A stretch of DNA of 63,618 nt, the filler included, from Octopus bimaculoides (taxonomy: Eukaryota): NCBI RefSeq assembly GCF_001194135.2. It is 8 parts of 8 records of this genome, joined end to end, with 100 filler letters (N's around TTAATTAATTAA, not from the genome) between each part and the next. Parts side by side here need not be neighbours in the genome. Positions count along the whole stretch, not along the records: positions 23,152 to 28,142 come from NC_068982.1; positions 28,243 to 37,516 come from NC_068997.1; positions 37,617 to 52,413 come from NC_069004.1; 5 more parts are not named here. One strand, 5' to 3'. A program made the translations under genes and the position numbers. Below are positions 26,822 to 40,567 of this stretch, one piece after another. The notes below the pieces were generated by a model. The model saw nothing but the letters and a program-made list of their open reading frames with translations, did not search any database and was not told where the DNA came from. Every line of letters starts with the position of its first letter. The first letter of the stretch is position 1.

Positions 26822-28056
26822 CATACGCACACAAACACGTGTACATACATAAATGTATACATACTTACATACATACACACATATATAAACGCATTCATGT
26901 GTGTGTATGCTTACAAACATATATTTATGCATATATAAATATATCTACCCACACACACGCATATATATATATACATATATATACATACATACATACATGT
27001 ATACATACATACATGTATACATACATACANNNNNNNNNNNNNNNNNNNNNNNNNNNNNNNNNNNNNNNNNNNNNNNNNNNNNNNNNNNNNNNNNNNNNNN
27101 NNNNNNNNNNNNNNNNNNNNNNNNNNNNNNNNNNNNNNNNNNNNNNNNNNNNNNNNNNNNNNNNNNNNNNNNNNNNNNNNNNNNNNNNNNNNNNNNNNNN
27201 NNNNNNNNNNNNNNNNNNNNNNNNNNNNNNNNNNNNNNNNNNNNNNNNNNNNNNNNNNNNNNNNNNNNNNNNNNNNNNNNNNNNNNNNNNNNNNNNNNNN
27301 NNNNNNNNNNNNNNNNNNNNNNNNNNNNNNNNNNNNNNNNNNNNNNNNNNNNNNNNNNNNNNNNNNNNNNNNNNNNNNNNNNNNNNNNNNNNNNNNNNNN
27401 NNNNNNNNNNNNNNNNNNNNNNNNNNNNNNNNNNNNNNNNNNNNNNNNNNNNNNNNNNNNNNNNNNNNCATATATATATATATGCATACATGTAAAAAGG
27501 GCTATATACATTATCTATAGATATGTATATATACTTTTACATATGTATACCTATATATGCATATATACATACACACACACACACACACACTCACACACAC
27601 ACACACACACACGCATACACACACACACATATATATATAGGAATATCTATACACATATACATAGCGTATGTGTGTGTGCATATCTGCGAGTATGCATATG
27701 TGTGTGAGTGTCTGTATGTGTGCGTGCGTGTGTGTATGCGTGTGAATATTTGTGTCTGCGTCATTACGAGTGTATATGTGTGTATATGTCGATGTACAAT
27801 CAACTATTTCTAAAGTCATTAGCGTTAATTGTTATCTCTTCAGTTAAATGTTATCAAGTCAGATTATCAAAGTTATTACTTCCACAAGCATAGGTAGAGC
27901 TTCGCAGAGTCTTTTTTCCTTTTACTGTAGACCATACTTTCACTACAGTGCAGTCTGAGTAGTGGTCACTTAGTGGATGTTTTGGTAATTACCTTAATTT
28001 ACCTGATAGATAAAGTGAACTAATTTCCTCATACGTGCGTGCGTGTGTACATGTGT

Positions 28057-28095
<39 letters not shown>

Positions 28096-28242
28096 TGTGT
28101 GGTATTTGTGTTTGTGTGTATGTAGGTGTGTGTATATATATANNNNNNNNNNNNNNNNNNNNNNNNNNNNNNNNNNNNNNNNNNNNTTAATTAATTAANN
28201 NNNNNNNNNNNNNNNNNNNNNNNNNNNNNNNNNNNNNNNNNN

Positions 28243-28546
28243 CCATCTACCTGAAGGGGTTTGTGTTTTATCTACCTTCCTACTTATTAGGATTTTGGTT
28301 TTAGCTGGGTTGACTCTAAGGCCCTTCAATTCTAGACCTTGCTTCCACACCTGAAACTTCTCCTCTAGTTCTGATAGTGACTCCACAATTAGGGCAAGGT
28401 CATCAGCATAGAGGAGCTCCCAGGGTCAACCTGTCTTGAACTCCTCTGTGATTGCCTGGAGGACTATGATAAATAAGAGGGGGCTGAGGACGGAACCTTG
28501 GTGGACCCCTACCTCTACCCGGAATTCATTGCTGTACTCATTTCCA
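28243..28546 (-). mobile_element. RTE-clade LINE reverse-transcriptase fragment (pseudogenised)
   Basis: GNEYSNEFRVEVGVHQGSVLSPLLFIIVLQAITEEFKTG*PWELLYADDLALIVESLSELEEKFQVWKQGLELKGLRVNPAKTK, with a YADD motif and one premature stop. Confidence 0.85.
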
Positions 28547-28560
28547 ATTTATATAGTTAT

Positions 28561-28593
<33 letters not shown>

Positions 28594-29055
28594 CGAGTCC
28601 CCTACCACCACTTGACAACTGGCATTAGTGTATTTATGTCCCCATGACTTAGTGGTTTGGTAAAAGAGCCGATGGAATAAGAACACAGAAAATTTCCTCA
28701 AGGTGATGTCCCAGCATGACCAAAGTCTAGTGACAGAACCTAGTAAAGTATAAAAGAGATATAGAAGCAATAAAAAGACTGTGTAAATGCTACATGTGGT
28801 CCATCCCCATTGCTATATGTGGCAGACACATGGAGATTAATGAAAATTTTTCAGATGCAGATGGATGGAACTTGCTGAAGCAGATGTTCTACAGTTGGTG
28901 CCCTTCCTGTCACCAACCCTTACCTGTTTCCAAACAAAGGAATATTTTCCAATACTGGACATGCCTTCAACAAATACTGAAAATGAAGGGCATCACTCAC
29001 ATGGCAGTGCTGCATGTTTACAACTATCACATCATATCAAGGCACGCACGCACGC

Positions 29056-29109
<54 letters not shown>

Positions 29110-31750
29110 TGGACTTCTTTTAATTTCTATCAGCCAAATCCACTTACAAGGCTTTGTTCAACCTGGAGCTACAGAAGAATACACTTGTCCAAGGTGTCAT
29201 ACAGCAGGACTGAACCTAGAACCATGTGGTTGGGAAGCAACTTTCTTACCACACAACCATGTTCGCACCTATGTCTGTATATATACACACACGTGTGTGT
29301 GTATGTGTGTATATGTGCATGCATGTGTGTGTGTGTATGTGTGTGCATATGCGTGTGTGTGTGTGTGTGCGTATGTATTCCATTCATTGGAACTGACCCA
29401 TGACAAATAATTGTCTGTGATGATAATAATAAATCACTTCAGATTTTCTGTTGAGGGGAAACTGCAAGATGCCTCAGGATATGCAGCTTCTCAGCTAGTG
29501 GTAGTTATACTAGTATCGACATAATCTACCAGAATATGGAGGGACCCTAACAATAATGTTCTAGGTTAGAGTGGAATTCTTATGTCCTTGGTTCTTAAGC
29601 TTCCAAATATAACAGGAAAAAGAAGTAGAGTTCATTTAGTTTATTCTTGAACCTAAGGGAGTACAGATGTTGGTTATATCAGTCTTTGAAGTCATGAGTG
29701 AGTCTTGTACAGTTCTTCTAGATAGCATCTGGTGGAATGAGGGTGGCTGAGCATCTGTGCTCTTTTTGAACTCAAAATGTGAAAATGCAGGAAAATGAAA
29801 ACACTTTCAAGCATTTAATTTAGTGGTCCACTGTTTTTGACAATTCTACTTCTGTTAATAAGTATATACATACAAAATGATTTAAAATATGTCAGGGAAT
29901 TCATCTCAAAAACTATGTGAGTGTAATAACTAACTGATTACAGATGGGACACCCTAAAATAATGACAGCTCTTCACTCTACTTGAATATCATTCCACTCC
30001 TCTTGCTAATAGGCATAAATCAAAACAGCTTTTAAAGATCAAACAATTTGACAACCTTTAAAACCCAATTTTGATAAACAAATTCATGTACAGATCTATT
30101 GACAATATTTTAAAAGAAAAAAAGTTTGCTTTTTCTCTGAGAATTATTAATTGAATTGTCTGTAACAAATAAAATAAAATAAAATAAAAATAAAGGTGTT
30201 ATTAAAATTTTATATAAAGCAACTTGCCATAAATGAGATGAAGTTTTCATAATGAGTAAATAACAAGAGATATGCTAAAAAACATTTTTTTTTATCTTTT
30301 ATGATTGAATTTATAGCTTTTTAATGCTGTTTATTCTGTAATTTAAAGAGAATTTATCTATATTTATAATAAAAATATCATTCAAGTTATATTATATTTA
30401 TACAAATTATGTTGATTTTAGAGGGAGTTCTTTTGTTGCTGCATATTATTTTTTTTTTGTTACTTTTCTTTTGTTGTTCTTTGATGTGATTATTATCCCA
30501 TCTTTATGTATTTGGGAGTAATAACAGGTAGTTCTGTCTATGCCTTTTGAAGTGGTTATATTTTTGTGTTGTTTAGACAGATTTCAATGTCACATGGATT
30601 CCTGCGACAGCCATTTCTTTTACAATACAATAGTTCTGTTCTCTCTGTCTCTCCCGTACGATTATGATAAATATTATTCATATTATATCTATGCAAATCG
30701 TGTTTGTTTTTCAGGGAGATTTCTCCTTCTATTATTTGATTTGATTATATATCCATAGATTTCGTTCTGAAGGGAACAACGAGTGGTTTCCTATCTTTGT
30801 CTTTTCAAGTAATTATATGCAACGTAGATAAACAGGTTTCAATATCACACAGATGCCTTTTAACAGATTTTAATGGCAGACAATTTTTCTCTTCGTTTTA
30901 TTGGGTTCTGTTATACTGTGAAAATTATGCTTTGTGATGTGTGTGTGCATGCGTGTGCTTGCATGCATGCATGCATGCGCATGTGTATGTGTGCATTTGT
31001 GTATATGTTACATGTATATATGTATCATCATCGTCGTTTAACGTCTGCTTTCCATGCTAGCATGGGTTGGACGATTTGACTGAGGACTGATGAAACCAGA
31101 TGGCTACACCAGGCTCCAATCTGATTTGGCAGAGTTTCTACAGCTGGATGCCCTTCCTAACGCCAACCACTCCGAGAGTCTAGTCGGTGCTTTTAAGTGC
31201 CACCGGCACGAAGGCCAGTCAGGCGGTACTAGCAACGGCCACACTCAAAATGGTGTATTTTACGTGCCACCTGCACAGGAGCCAGTTCGGTGGGATTGGC
31301 AACGATCTCGCTTGAATGTCTTTTCACGTGCCATGTATGTTTATGCAAATGTATGAATGTGTGTGTGCATGCATGTGTATGTTATATGTATGTGTATACA
31401 AATCTATGAATGTGTTTGTGTGTGTGTGTGTGTGTGAGTGTTGTGTACGTATGTGTGTGTATGTGTATATAGATGGGTCAGGGTACCTTGGCCAGAAAAA
31501 GATGGGCAATACCCTTGTCCCTTTTCAGGGCTTCCATATAACTGATACAAAAGTGAGAGAAAGTTATCCTCTAATTAGAAACTCTGACTACTCGCAGCTG
31601 GGTGGACTCTGCTAAAGTCATCAGTGGGACAGATGAGGGTGTTAAATCTGGCAATGGATTAAGTCTATCATCCTCAAAACTTTTGTTTCCTCTGAAGAGC
31701 TTCCTCATAGTTTCCTTCTGTTGATTTTCTCTGATAACGTTTTGGTTGAC

Positions 31751-32151
31751 TTAACCCTTTGGCAATCATGTTACTCTGTCAAACATAATGTTTTTTATCC
31801 ACATTCACTTGAATTCATCATGCATTGTCTACAAAGATGCTAAAGGGTAGGTGTGAGAAGTCAAATCTGGCCTGGTTGAACTTAAAACAAGCAGAATATT
31901 TTGGGATGGATATGGCCAGTTTAACCTTTAGCATTCAGACTACCCTGTCAAAGGTCATGCTTATTTAGTCACATTATTTTGAATTAATTATGCATTATCT
32001 CATAGTTTTGAGGTTTCAATAAAGTGGTTGTTTAATTTTTAGAATAACATTGTAGGGTAGGTGTGAGAGATTGGATCTGGCCAGTTTGAACATAGAGATA
32101 AAACAGAATATCTGGAAAGATATATGGCCAGTTCGAATGCTAAAGGGTTAA
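31751..32151. mobile_element. piggyBac-type MITE: a complete copy at 31921-32151 preceded by a truncated copy
   Basis: TTAA-CCTTTAGCATTC ... GAATGCTAAAGGG-TTAA. Related copies at about 32676-32885 and 54790-54981. Confidence 0.75.
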
Positions 32152-35100
32152 TGGTATACTGTCACAGTGACAATGACTCTGAGACCACATGCCCATGAAG
32201 CAAACTCCTAAACTACACAGTCACGTGTGTGCACGTCATGTGACTGAAAATCAAAAAATATCAAGAGTACAGGAAGCCAAAATTCAAAGTCAGAGGACAA
32301 ACAATGAAAATTACTACTAAAAAAAAGATTAAAACAAATAGAATAATTAGCACCACATAAAGGCCAACAGAATATAAATAAATGTAAAATTTATATCTAA
32401 TAATTCTTTTGACTTTGTACATATAATATTGATAAGCTGCAACAACGGTGAAATGTGTATCTGTCCCTCTTACAGTCACTTTCAAGGTGAAGTATATTGT
32501 GTTTTCTAACACATTACATCTATAAAGGGATTTCACAGATAAACTGTAGCTTCTGGCTTTTCAACAAGACACAAATACATTAAATATGTTATAGTTTTTA
32601 CTTTAGAGATGTTTCTATTGCATAATTTGAATAATGTATATATATTATCATCACCATCATCATCATCATCATCATTTAAACCTCTAGCGTTCAGATTATT
32701 CTGTCAAATGTGATACTTATTTATTCCCATTGTTTTGGATTAATCCTGCATCATCTTGCAGCTTCAAAATTTCAGTGAAGTGATTGTATATATTTTTAGA
32801 ATGACATGTAGGGTAGGTATGAGAGGTGAGAAGTGACTTGTTCAAACATAAAACAAAATATGACTGGTTTAAATATTAAAAGGATTGACGTCCTTTAGTA
32901 CCATGCTGACATTGGTTGAATGGTTTGAAAAGAACAGAGACTAACCAGAAGGCTCTGCCATAAAACATAAATGAAAACTGGCGCTCCCGTTTTAAAATAG
33001 ATCCAGTTGTCGTTCTGTTAGCCACATCACTGCTGTCTCTATTGTCACTACTAATAATTGTGATTTCACACAGAAGCAGTTTTTGTCCAATGTACTAATG
33101 ATTCTACTATCCCACCAGATTTATAGTCATCATCATCCTCATCATCATTTAATGTCTGTTTTCCATGCTGGCATGGATTGGACAGTTTGAGAGGAGATGG
33201 CAATAATACTCCTTTCTACTAGAAGCACAAGGCCTCAAATTTGGGAGAAAGGATTAAGTTGATTACATTAACCCCAGTGTTTCACTGGTACTTATTTAAT
33301 CGGCCCCAAAAGGATGAAAGGCAAAGTCGACCTCAGCAGAATTTGAACTCAGAACATAGCAGTAGACGAAATACCATTATGCATTTCACCTGCCAGNNNN
33401 NNNNNNTAACCCCAGTGTTTCACTGGTACTTATTTAATCGGCCCCAAAAGGATGAAAGGCAAAGTCAACCTCAGTGGAATTTGTAGTCAGAACCTAAAGA
33501 CTTGGAAGAAATGCTACTAAACATTTTGATGTGCTAATGATTCTGCCAGCTTATGCTTTACAATCAATAGAAATAATAAAAATGTTTTAATTATAACGAT
33601 GCATGTTCATGATATAATTGAACGTGTTAATAAAGCCAAGTTAAATCACATTAAATTTGATTGTAACATAAAACTTCAGCTTGTTTTTTCAAAAATCTCT
33701 TTTTACACTTTCAAAACTACTAAATTTTCATAATGCTGACAAAAAATTTTTTTATATTTACATAATTTATCAAAGTTTTAAGGTAATTTATTATGCATTT
33801 TTGACATTGTTTCATTAAACTGAAGCTCTGTTTCTGCATCTAATTAGGCCTAATACAATATGTAAATCTCATACACATATAATATAAAAAGAATGGCTTG
33901 CTTGGCTAAATAAGAACATATCATACATATTTTTTTTTTTTCCAAATATTGAGGAATTTTTTTAAGAGGAACCTTACTTAAAAGTAGGTTTCTTTGCCAT
34001 TAATATCTTTGTTTTTTAAAACAAACTTGAAAAAGCTGTATTTTTTAGAAATCTTGGATGTTCTCTATTTGGAAAAATTACCACCACCACCACCACCACC
34101 ACTACTACTACTACTAAATTTTTATTCACTTCAATTCACCAGTGATGTAATTCTCCAAAGACAAAGCAAAAATGAAGTTATTTTCATGCGTTTGACACAG
34201 ATGCATTCCTGGATCAATCAAAGACCAAATTTGGGTATCAGGCTCTTGGACTATAGTCAGATGCTTGTAGTTCTCTAGCAATCAGACAACATGGCCAGTG
34301 ACATATCAACCCCAGTATTCTATAGAATGGTAGTGTTTGGTGGTATGAATAATAAGATTTTCAAGGAGAATCTGGTGAGCGATGGAAATCAATTGAACAG
34401 CTTTTTTTGAGAGAAGTTTAAAGAAAATCAGTACCAGTGAAGTACCAGGTTTGATGAAATAATTGTCAAGTACCAGGGTTGATAAAAATAAATGGACTAA
34501 TCAAATTTTGGGGTTCACACAATTGATTATCCCTTGCCTTTAAAATTTCTGGTGAATAAAATATAATTAAAACCACATTATCTGTATTAGGGCTTGCAAC
34601 ATTACACACAAGCCACATCTCCCGTGAGGTACTTTCAAATTAAAGGGCACAATTAAAACAGCACCCTGTCATATATTCAGCACAGGAATTCAATAAACTA
34701 ACCCAAGCCACACAACATATATTATACTTGATCACCACTGCTCAGGAGATGTACTCTACACTCATAACATATGCTGATGCTACAACACAAACAAGTCACA
34801 TTCTACACAAACCACATGCATCTAATCAGTACACTTGACTGTAACCCCTGTATTGCTCTGACCCATATATGATGCTATTGTGGTTTGAGTCTATAGACAG
34901 GTGTGTGGCAAACCAACTCAGCTTATACTCTTTTCCGCTTTGAAATCCCAGCAGATACTTCCATATAACCTGGCCTGGTCAATAGAGAGTACATTGTTTT
35001 ACATATTGACCAGGGCTTCCTTTAAGTGCGAGAGCACACAGAACACCCTGTCACTTCTTACTCGATCTTGAGATACACTTTTTTTGTGACAAGGAGATAC

Positions 35101-36187
35101 ACTTTTTTGTGACAGCCTCCTGTCACACTTCCAGTTAAGCCTGCACTTAGTTTACATCCAAAATTTGCCTGATTCCGGCAAATGTCAGTGAAATTGCTTC
35201 CATTACCACTAACATTCTTACTCTGCAAAATGTGTTGGCATATGTGCATTCTTGTTGTTGTTATGACCAAAACGGTTCCAATAAATGTTGTCACTAATAC
35301 TGAGGTCTTTGAAAATGTGCATATTTTGTTGGAAAATATTCTGTTTATTTTTTTCCTTCATTTTTTTTTTTGTTCTGTTTAATGTTTGTAAAAACATTTA
35401 TTCTGGCTAAAAATTTTGGAAACATTCCCAATTAAAGAAGCCATTTTGCTTAATTATGAATGAAGAAGAAAATACTTTCTTCACAAATTAAAAGGTTTTT
35501 TTTTTTCTCTCTCTCTCTTCAAAACGGAAAGAAATCATAGAAACAATTAATAATTACCTTTCTACAGAGAAATTCTGATCTGACTTAATTTCACTAGAAA
35601 AATCCACAAATTTGGAAAGCAAGATGTACCACTTCAGACTGATACAGTCATACTAATAATAATAATGGTAAGAATGATGGTGATGGTGGTGGTGATGGTG
35701 GTGGTGGTGGTGATGATAATGGTAATGATGATGATGGCAGCAAAAGCGCAGACGCTGTTGCATCAAAAACTGCACTTGTCCAAGGTACATGCAGAGCACG
35801 TGAGTCGGTTTCACTGCTCTGCATGTATCTTGGACAAGTTCAGTTGGTGGCATTTCCATACATGCAGAAGGATATACATAGGTGCAAACATGGTTATGTG
35901 GTTAAGAAGCATGGTTTCAAGTTCAATCCCACTACATAGCACCTTGAGCAAGTGGCTTTTACTCTAGCCCCAGGTCAATCAATAACTTGTGAGTGAATTT
36001 GATAGACCAGAACTAGGTGCAAGCCCATCATGCATATGTGTGTGTATGTGTGTGTATGTGTGTGTGTGTGTGTGTGTGTATGTTTGAGTTTGCATTTGTC
36101 ATCCCCCATCACTGCCACCATTTAACAAGTGGTATTGGTTTGTTTATGTCCCTGTAACTCAGTGGTTTTGGCAAAAGAGACCAATGG

Positions 36188-36219
<32 letters not shown>

Positions 36220-36337
36220 AGTACCAAATTTAAAAAGAAAAATAAAAGGTTGATTACGGTTCATTCAACCCTTCCAGGTGGTGCCCCAGCATGGCCACAG
36301 TTCAGTGACCAAAACAAGTAAAAAATAATATATATAT

Positions 36338-36745
36338 AGGAGTGGCTGTGTGGTAAGTAGCTTGCTTACCAACCACATGGTTCCGGGTTCAGTCCCACTG
36401 CGTGGCACCTTGGGCAAGTGTCTTCTACTATAGCCTTGGACTGACCAAAGCCTTGTGAGTGGATTTGGTAAACAGAAACTGAAAGAAGCCCGTCGTATAT
36501 ATGTATATATATGTATATATATGTATGTGTATGTATATGTTTGTGTGTCTGTGTTTGTCCCCCCAACATCGCTTGACAACCGATGCTGGTGTGTTTAGGT
36601 CCCTGTAACTTAGCGGTTCGGCAAAAGAGACCAATAGAATAGGTACTAGGCTTCCAAAGAATAAGTCCTGGGGTCGATTTGCTCGACTAAAGGCGGTGCT
36701 CCAGCATGGCCACAATCAAAAGACTGAAACAAGTAAAAGAGTAAA
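36338..36745 (+). mobile_element. tRNA-derived SINE, family B, near full-length and young
   Basis: Head AGGAGTGGCTGTGTGGTAAG...GGTTCAGTCCCACTG, core GGCACCTTGGGCAAGTGTCTTCTACTATAGCC, an internal (TA/TG)n tract, and tail GGCGGTGCTCCAGCATGGCC...GAAACAAGTAAAAGAG. CpGs are retained. Confidence 0.8.
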
Positions 36746-36754
36746 GAAAGAGTA

Positions 36755-36891
36755 TTAAAATTAATCAAAGGACAGACTAAGTATGTCTATCTGCTGGAAA
36801 TAACAGCCAAAACTCTTGTTTATTAAATAAGAGTTTTGATTGTTATTTCCAGCAGGTAGACATATTTAGTTTGTCCTTTGATTAATTTTAA
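36755..36891. repeat. 137-bp near-perfect palindrome (67-bp arms, 3-nt loop)
   Basis: Base-by-base pairing on the + strand gives 61 Watson-Crick pairs, 5 G-U pairs and 1 C-A mismatch. Confidence 0.9.
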
Positions 36892-37320
36892 CCCATCAGC
36901 TATTCAATGCTTTTTGGGAGGCCTGCAAGTGCCTATATTATTGATTCTATTTTTATCATTTTTTAAATTGTTACACTTGATAATAACAGAGTCGATGGTA
37001 TCTTCACAAATTAATTTTCCCTGAATTATTTGCTCCGTATTGAAATGAGATATTTTTGAAGGCTGTTAGAAATGAATGATGTTCATCAAGACAAGTAGAC
37101 ACATATGTACACACAGTCATGCATGCACACACACGCGTGTGCGTGCACACACACACACAGAGAAGAGTCACCCACACACATAGATAATATAGATAGAAAG
37201 ATATTGTCAAATTAGATTGGAGCCTGGTGTAGCCATCCGGTTGCACCAGTCCTCAGTCAAATTGTCCAACCCATGCTAGCATGGAAAGCGGACGTTAAAC
37301 GATGATGATGATGATGATGA

Positions 37321-37516
37321 TATATATCCACTCCGCCCTTAGCACCTCCATCCACTACAAACACACAGACTCACACTCCTATCTCAACTTCTCCTCCTCC
37401 CACCCTAGACACACAAAACTTTCCATCCCCTATTCCCAATTCCTCCGTCTACGCAGACTTTGTAGCGACAGCCATGACTTTGAGACTCAGTCTCAACTCA
37501 TGGCTCACCACTTTAG
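37321..37516 (+). mobile_element. Penelope-like element, RT thumb fragment
   Basis: HYKHTDSHSYLNFSSSHPRHTKLSIPYSQFLRLRRLCSD matches the PLE motif Y-x-KPTD-x-x-x-YL-x-x-x-S-x-HP-x-x-x-K-x-SIPYSQFLRLRRICS. Confidence 0.85.
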
Positions 37517-38999
37517 NNNNNNNNNNNNNNNNNNNNNNNNNNNNNNNNNNNNNNNNNNNNTTAATTAATTAANNNNNNNNNNNNNNNNNNNNNNNNNNNN
37601 NNNNNNNNNNNNNNNNGGTATTTCTAGCAAGTCGAGTGACTACGTACATGCTACCTGCTTTACGCAACAGTTGTTTTGACGTTCCTTTTGTCGAGTCTCA
37701 ATTCATGTACAATTATTTTATTTAGCGAATTAAGTCTCGTTTTTGGTTGTTTTAATGGTGGTGGTGGTGGTGGTGGTGGTGATGGTGGTGGCGATGGTGG
37801 TGGCGGTGGTGAATAACAAAACAGCAAAGTAGGACGTAATCTTGTGACCTAAAATAGGTGTTTATATCGGTAAAAAATACATGATTACAAACAAAACACG
37901 CATACACACAACTTATATACACAACCTTAAATCGCAAAATATTCCATGCACCCTATCCTGGTCCATAGTAAGCGAGGCTACCCCATACAATGCAAACATT
38001 TGAAAATGTAAGTTATGTCTAAAAGAATCATTAATTATACTTAGCCTTCATAAATTCTCATTATTTAATAGATTCTCTGATGTAATTTATTCTTGTAAAC
38101 ATAGGTACTACTCATCTTTCATGCACCTTGCTAAATCAATGAAATCCCATAACTTCAAGTATCCATACCCAAAATGACCTTAAACAAAGTCAGCCAAGCA
38201 ATCTACTACTTAAAAAAAATACTACACCCCTCTTATTCTTTCCCATACACACATTTCCAAATTCTTCCAAATTCTTCTAATCCACTACTTTCCACTTCCC
38301 TCTTAGCCTCCCCACCCTTCCCACTTTCAAAAAGTACTTAACACTACTCCACTCCTTTGAAAACTACCCCCCACCCTCGTAAACATAAGGACACAGGAAA
38401 TGTGTCAAGGCCGACAGGAAGCGGTGCAGCTTCCTAATGCTAAATAGCAGTAGTATGATTCCCTTATTGGGACTGTCACGTTAAGTTGACAGTATACAAC
38501 TACTTTATCGTATCACTACTGCTTAAGTCTCTCTGAGAGATTTAGAAATGTATCATTTCTAATTTATATATATATACTTAATCGATTCNNNNNNNNNNNN
38601 NNNNNNNNNNNNNNNNNNNNNNNNNNNNNNNNNNNNNNNNNNNNNNNNNNNNNNNNNNNNNNNNNNNNNNNNNNNNNNNNNNNNNNNNNNNNNNNNNNNN
38701 NNNNNNNNNNNNNNNNNNNNNNNNNNNNNNNNNNNNNNNNNNNNNNNNNNNNNNNNNNNNNNNNNNNNNNNNNNNNNNNNNNNNNNNNNNNNNNNNNNNN
38801 NNNNNNNNNNNNNNNNNNNNNNNNNNNNNNNNNNNNNNNAAATTCCCTAATACAGGAAGTACAATTTTCTACTGCATTTTGGATTATCACACACACTTTA
38901 TTACAGATTAAAATTCCATCCATTTTTAACGATTTTTCTTTTACTTTTTGCTATGTTTGAAAGAATCGCTGAACTGATACTATAAACCACAAAAAAATA

Positions 39000-39256
39000 A
39001 AATAAATGCGCCCTTTTAAAGCCTAGCCAAGCTCATGGGCCCGGTTTCCCGGTTTCAATGGCGTATGTGTTCCCCAGCTGGACGGGATGCCAGTCCATCG
39101 CAGCGTTAATCATTTTTTGCCAGCTGAGTGGACTGGAGCAACGTGAAATGAAGTGTTTTGCTCAAGAACACAACGCGTCTCCCGGTCCAGGAATTGAAAC
39201 CACACTCTTACGATCATGGTGCTGACACCCTACCCACTAGGCCACGCGCCTCCACT
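39000..39256 (-). mobile_element. tRNA-derived SINE with the family D core but a different 3' tail
   Basis: Minus strand reads GGAGGCGCGTGGCCTAGTGG...TCTTGAGCAAAACACTTCATTTCACGTTGCTCCAGTCCACTCAGCTGGC, then GCGATGGACTGGCATCCCGTCCAGC...TTTAAAAGGGCGCATTTATT. Confidence 0.7.
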
Positions 39257-39470
39257 CTATAAATCACAAAACCATATCTACTTTAATTCTTTTACGTTCG
39301 TAGTTCGAATGTAGTCGAGGGCGACTTTCTGTTTCATTTCTCTGGAGTTGTTATAAGTACCAGTCATGTACTGGTATTCACTTACTCAATTAATATTCTC
39401 CCCTACAGGAAGAAATTGCTTAATTTCTTACATGCGAATTAATAATTCTTATAACAATTTTGTTTTTCAG

Positions 39471-39557
39471 GTTTGATGGTCACGTTTTCAATTCTTGGCA
39501 ATGGGTTAATATTCGTTTTGGGAGGCTTTATTAGCCAAATTCCTGTGGATCTTGAAG
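39471..39557 (+). CDS. SLCO: Internal exon of an SLCO/OATP organic anion transporter (87 nt, phase 1-1)
   Basis: Acceptor tgtttttcag and donor G|gtaaga. Translation (G)LMVTFSILGNGLIFVLGGFISQIPVDLE resembles the OATP segment G-x-x-x-x-x-x-x-x-G-P-x-x-G-x-x-L-G-G-x-x-x-x-x-Y-V-D. Confidence 0.75.
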
Positions 39558-39774
39558 GTAAGAACTATTCACTTCCACAAGGTTCTGACTTTTAGACTGT
39601 TTCTTTATTCTTTCTTTCTGATATATAACATCTTTTCTCATTCTACATTCCTCTTCGTCTACCTCCGTCTATCCAGCTTATCTAATTATCATACATACTT
39701 TGTCTATCTGTTGTCTACCGTCCTATATATTTATCTACCTACATATCAATCAATCAATCAATCAATCAATTATT

Positions 39775-39832
<58 letters not shown>

Positions 39833-39848
39833 TATGTATGTATGTATG

Positions 39849-40567
39849 TAGGGTGTTCGGACATGGTTTGACAATTTTTATGTCCACCTTATTTTTCAGA
39901 AACAGCTTGATGTATAGTTAGCGGCGTTGGAGAGCATAACGATTAAAGTTGTTGAGACAATTTAGCAGACATGGAGAACCGGCGACCATCTGAATATTGG
40001 CAAAGAGTTGTCTATATCACGATGAATCGCGCCGAGTATCATAGCGCTGACATCATGATTTCTGCTCAATGCTCTGCGAACACTACAAAGGCTGTAAGAC
40101 GTGACGTGGACCGTTGCAACGGAGATTACGAAGTCCTGACCAACAGGAAGAGACACAGCCTTCTGACTGCGTCCACACGCAGGAACTCATCCCCTCATCC
40201 TAGAATGGGGCCTCGGGCTCAATTCAAGCCGCTGTGTGAAGCTGTTGGAGACAGTGTTCAAACCCTGTCTGGAGAGGGTTATTGCTGGAAGGTCCTATGT
40301 GTGGCAGCAGGATCCGGATCCCTGCCATACCTGGTTGGCGGAGAATTCCTACGTCTTTACCAGCCCCAGGTTCTGTCTTCCTAATTTCTCCGATTGTAAT
40401 CCCATGAGTTAATACGTGCGAGGTGCAGTTGAGAAAGACACCAACCACTTTGCCAGTAACACCAAGTCCGAGCTGATGGTCAAGATCAAGGAGGTGTTCG
40501 AAGATCTTCCCAGAGACGCAATTGTTTCGGCACATCTAGCATCGATTCCTCTTGGGGGGACACTCAA
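39849..40567 (+). mobile_element. Internally deleted Tc1/mariner-superfamily (DD37D/maT-like) transposase relic
   Basis: Begins TA-GGGTGTTCGG. An N-terminal piece (MENRRPSEY...RKRHS) is joined directly to the C-terminal KLLETVFKPCLERVIAGRSYVWQQD...WLAEN...PNFSDCNPM...GAVEK (~GRPYVFQQD...WPPNSPDLNPLD). Stops and frameshifts are present. Confidence 0.7.

Noticed and set aside
30759-30930. Open frame after an AG (FVLKGTTSGFLSLSFQ...), considered as an N-terminal SLCO exon
   Set aside because: There is no I-E-x-R-F or other OATP motif, and the resemblance is at chance level.
33271-33480. Direct duplication of about 60 bp of SINE sequence
   Set aside because: The two copies flank a 10-N gap, so this is probably an unmerged contig overlap.
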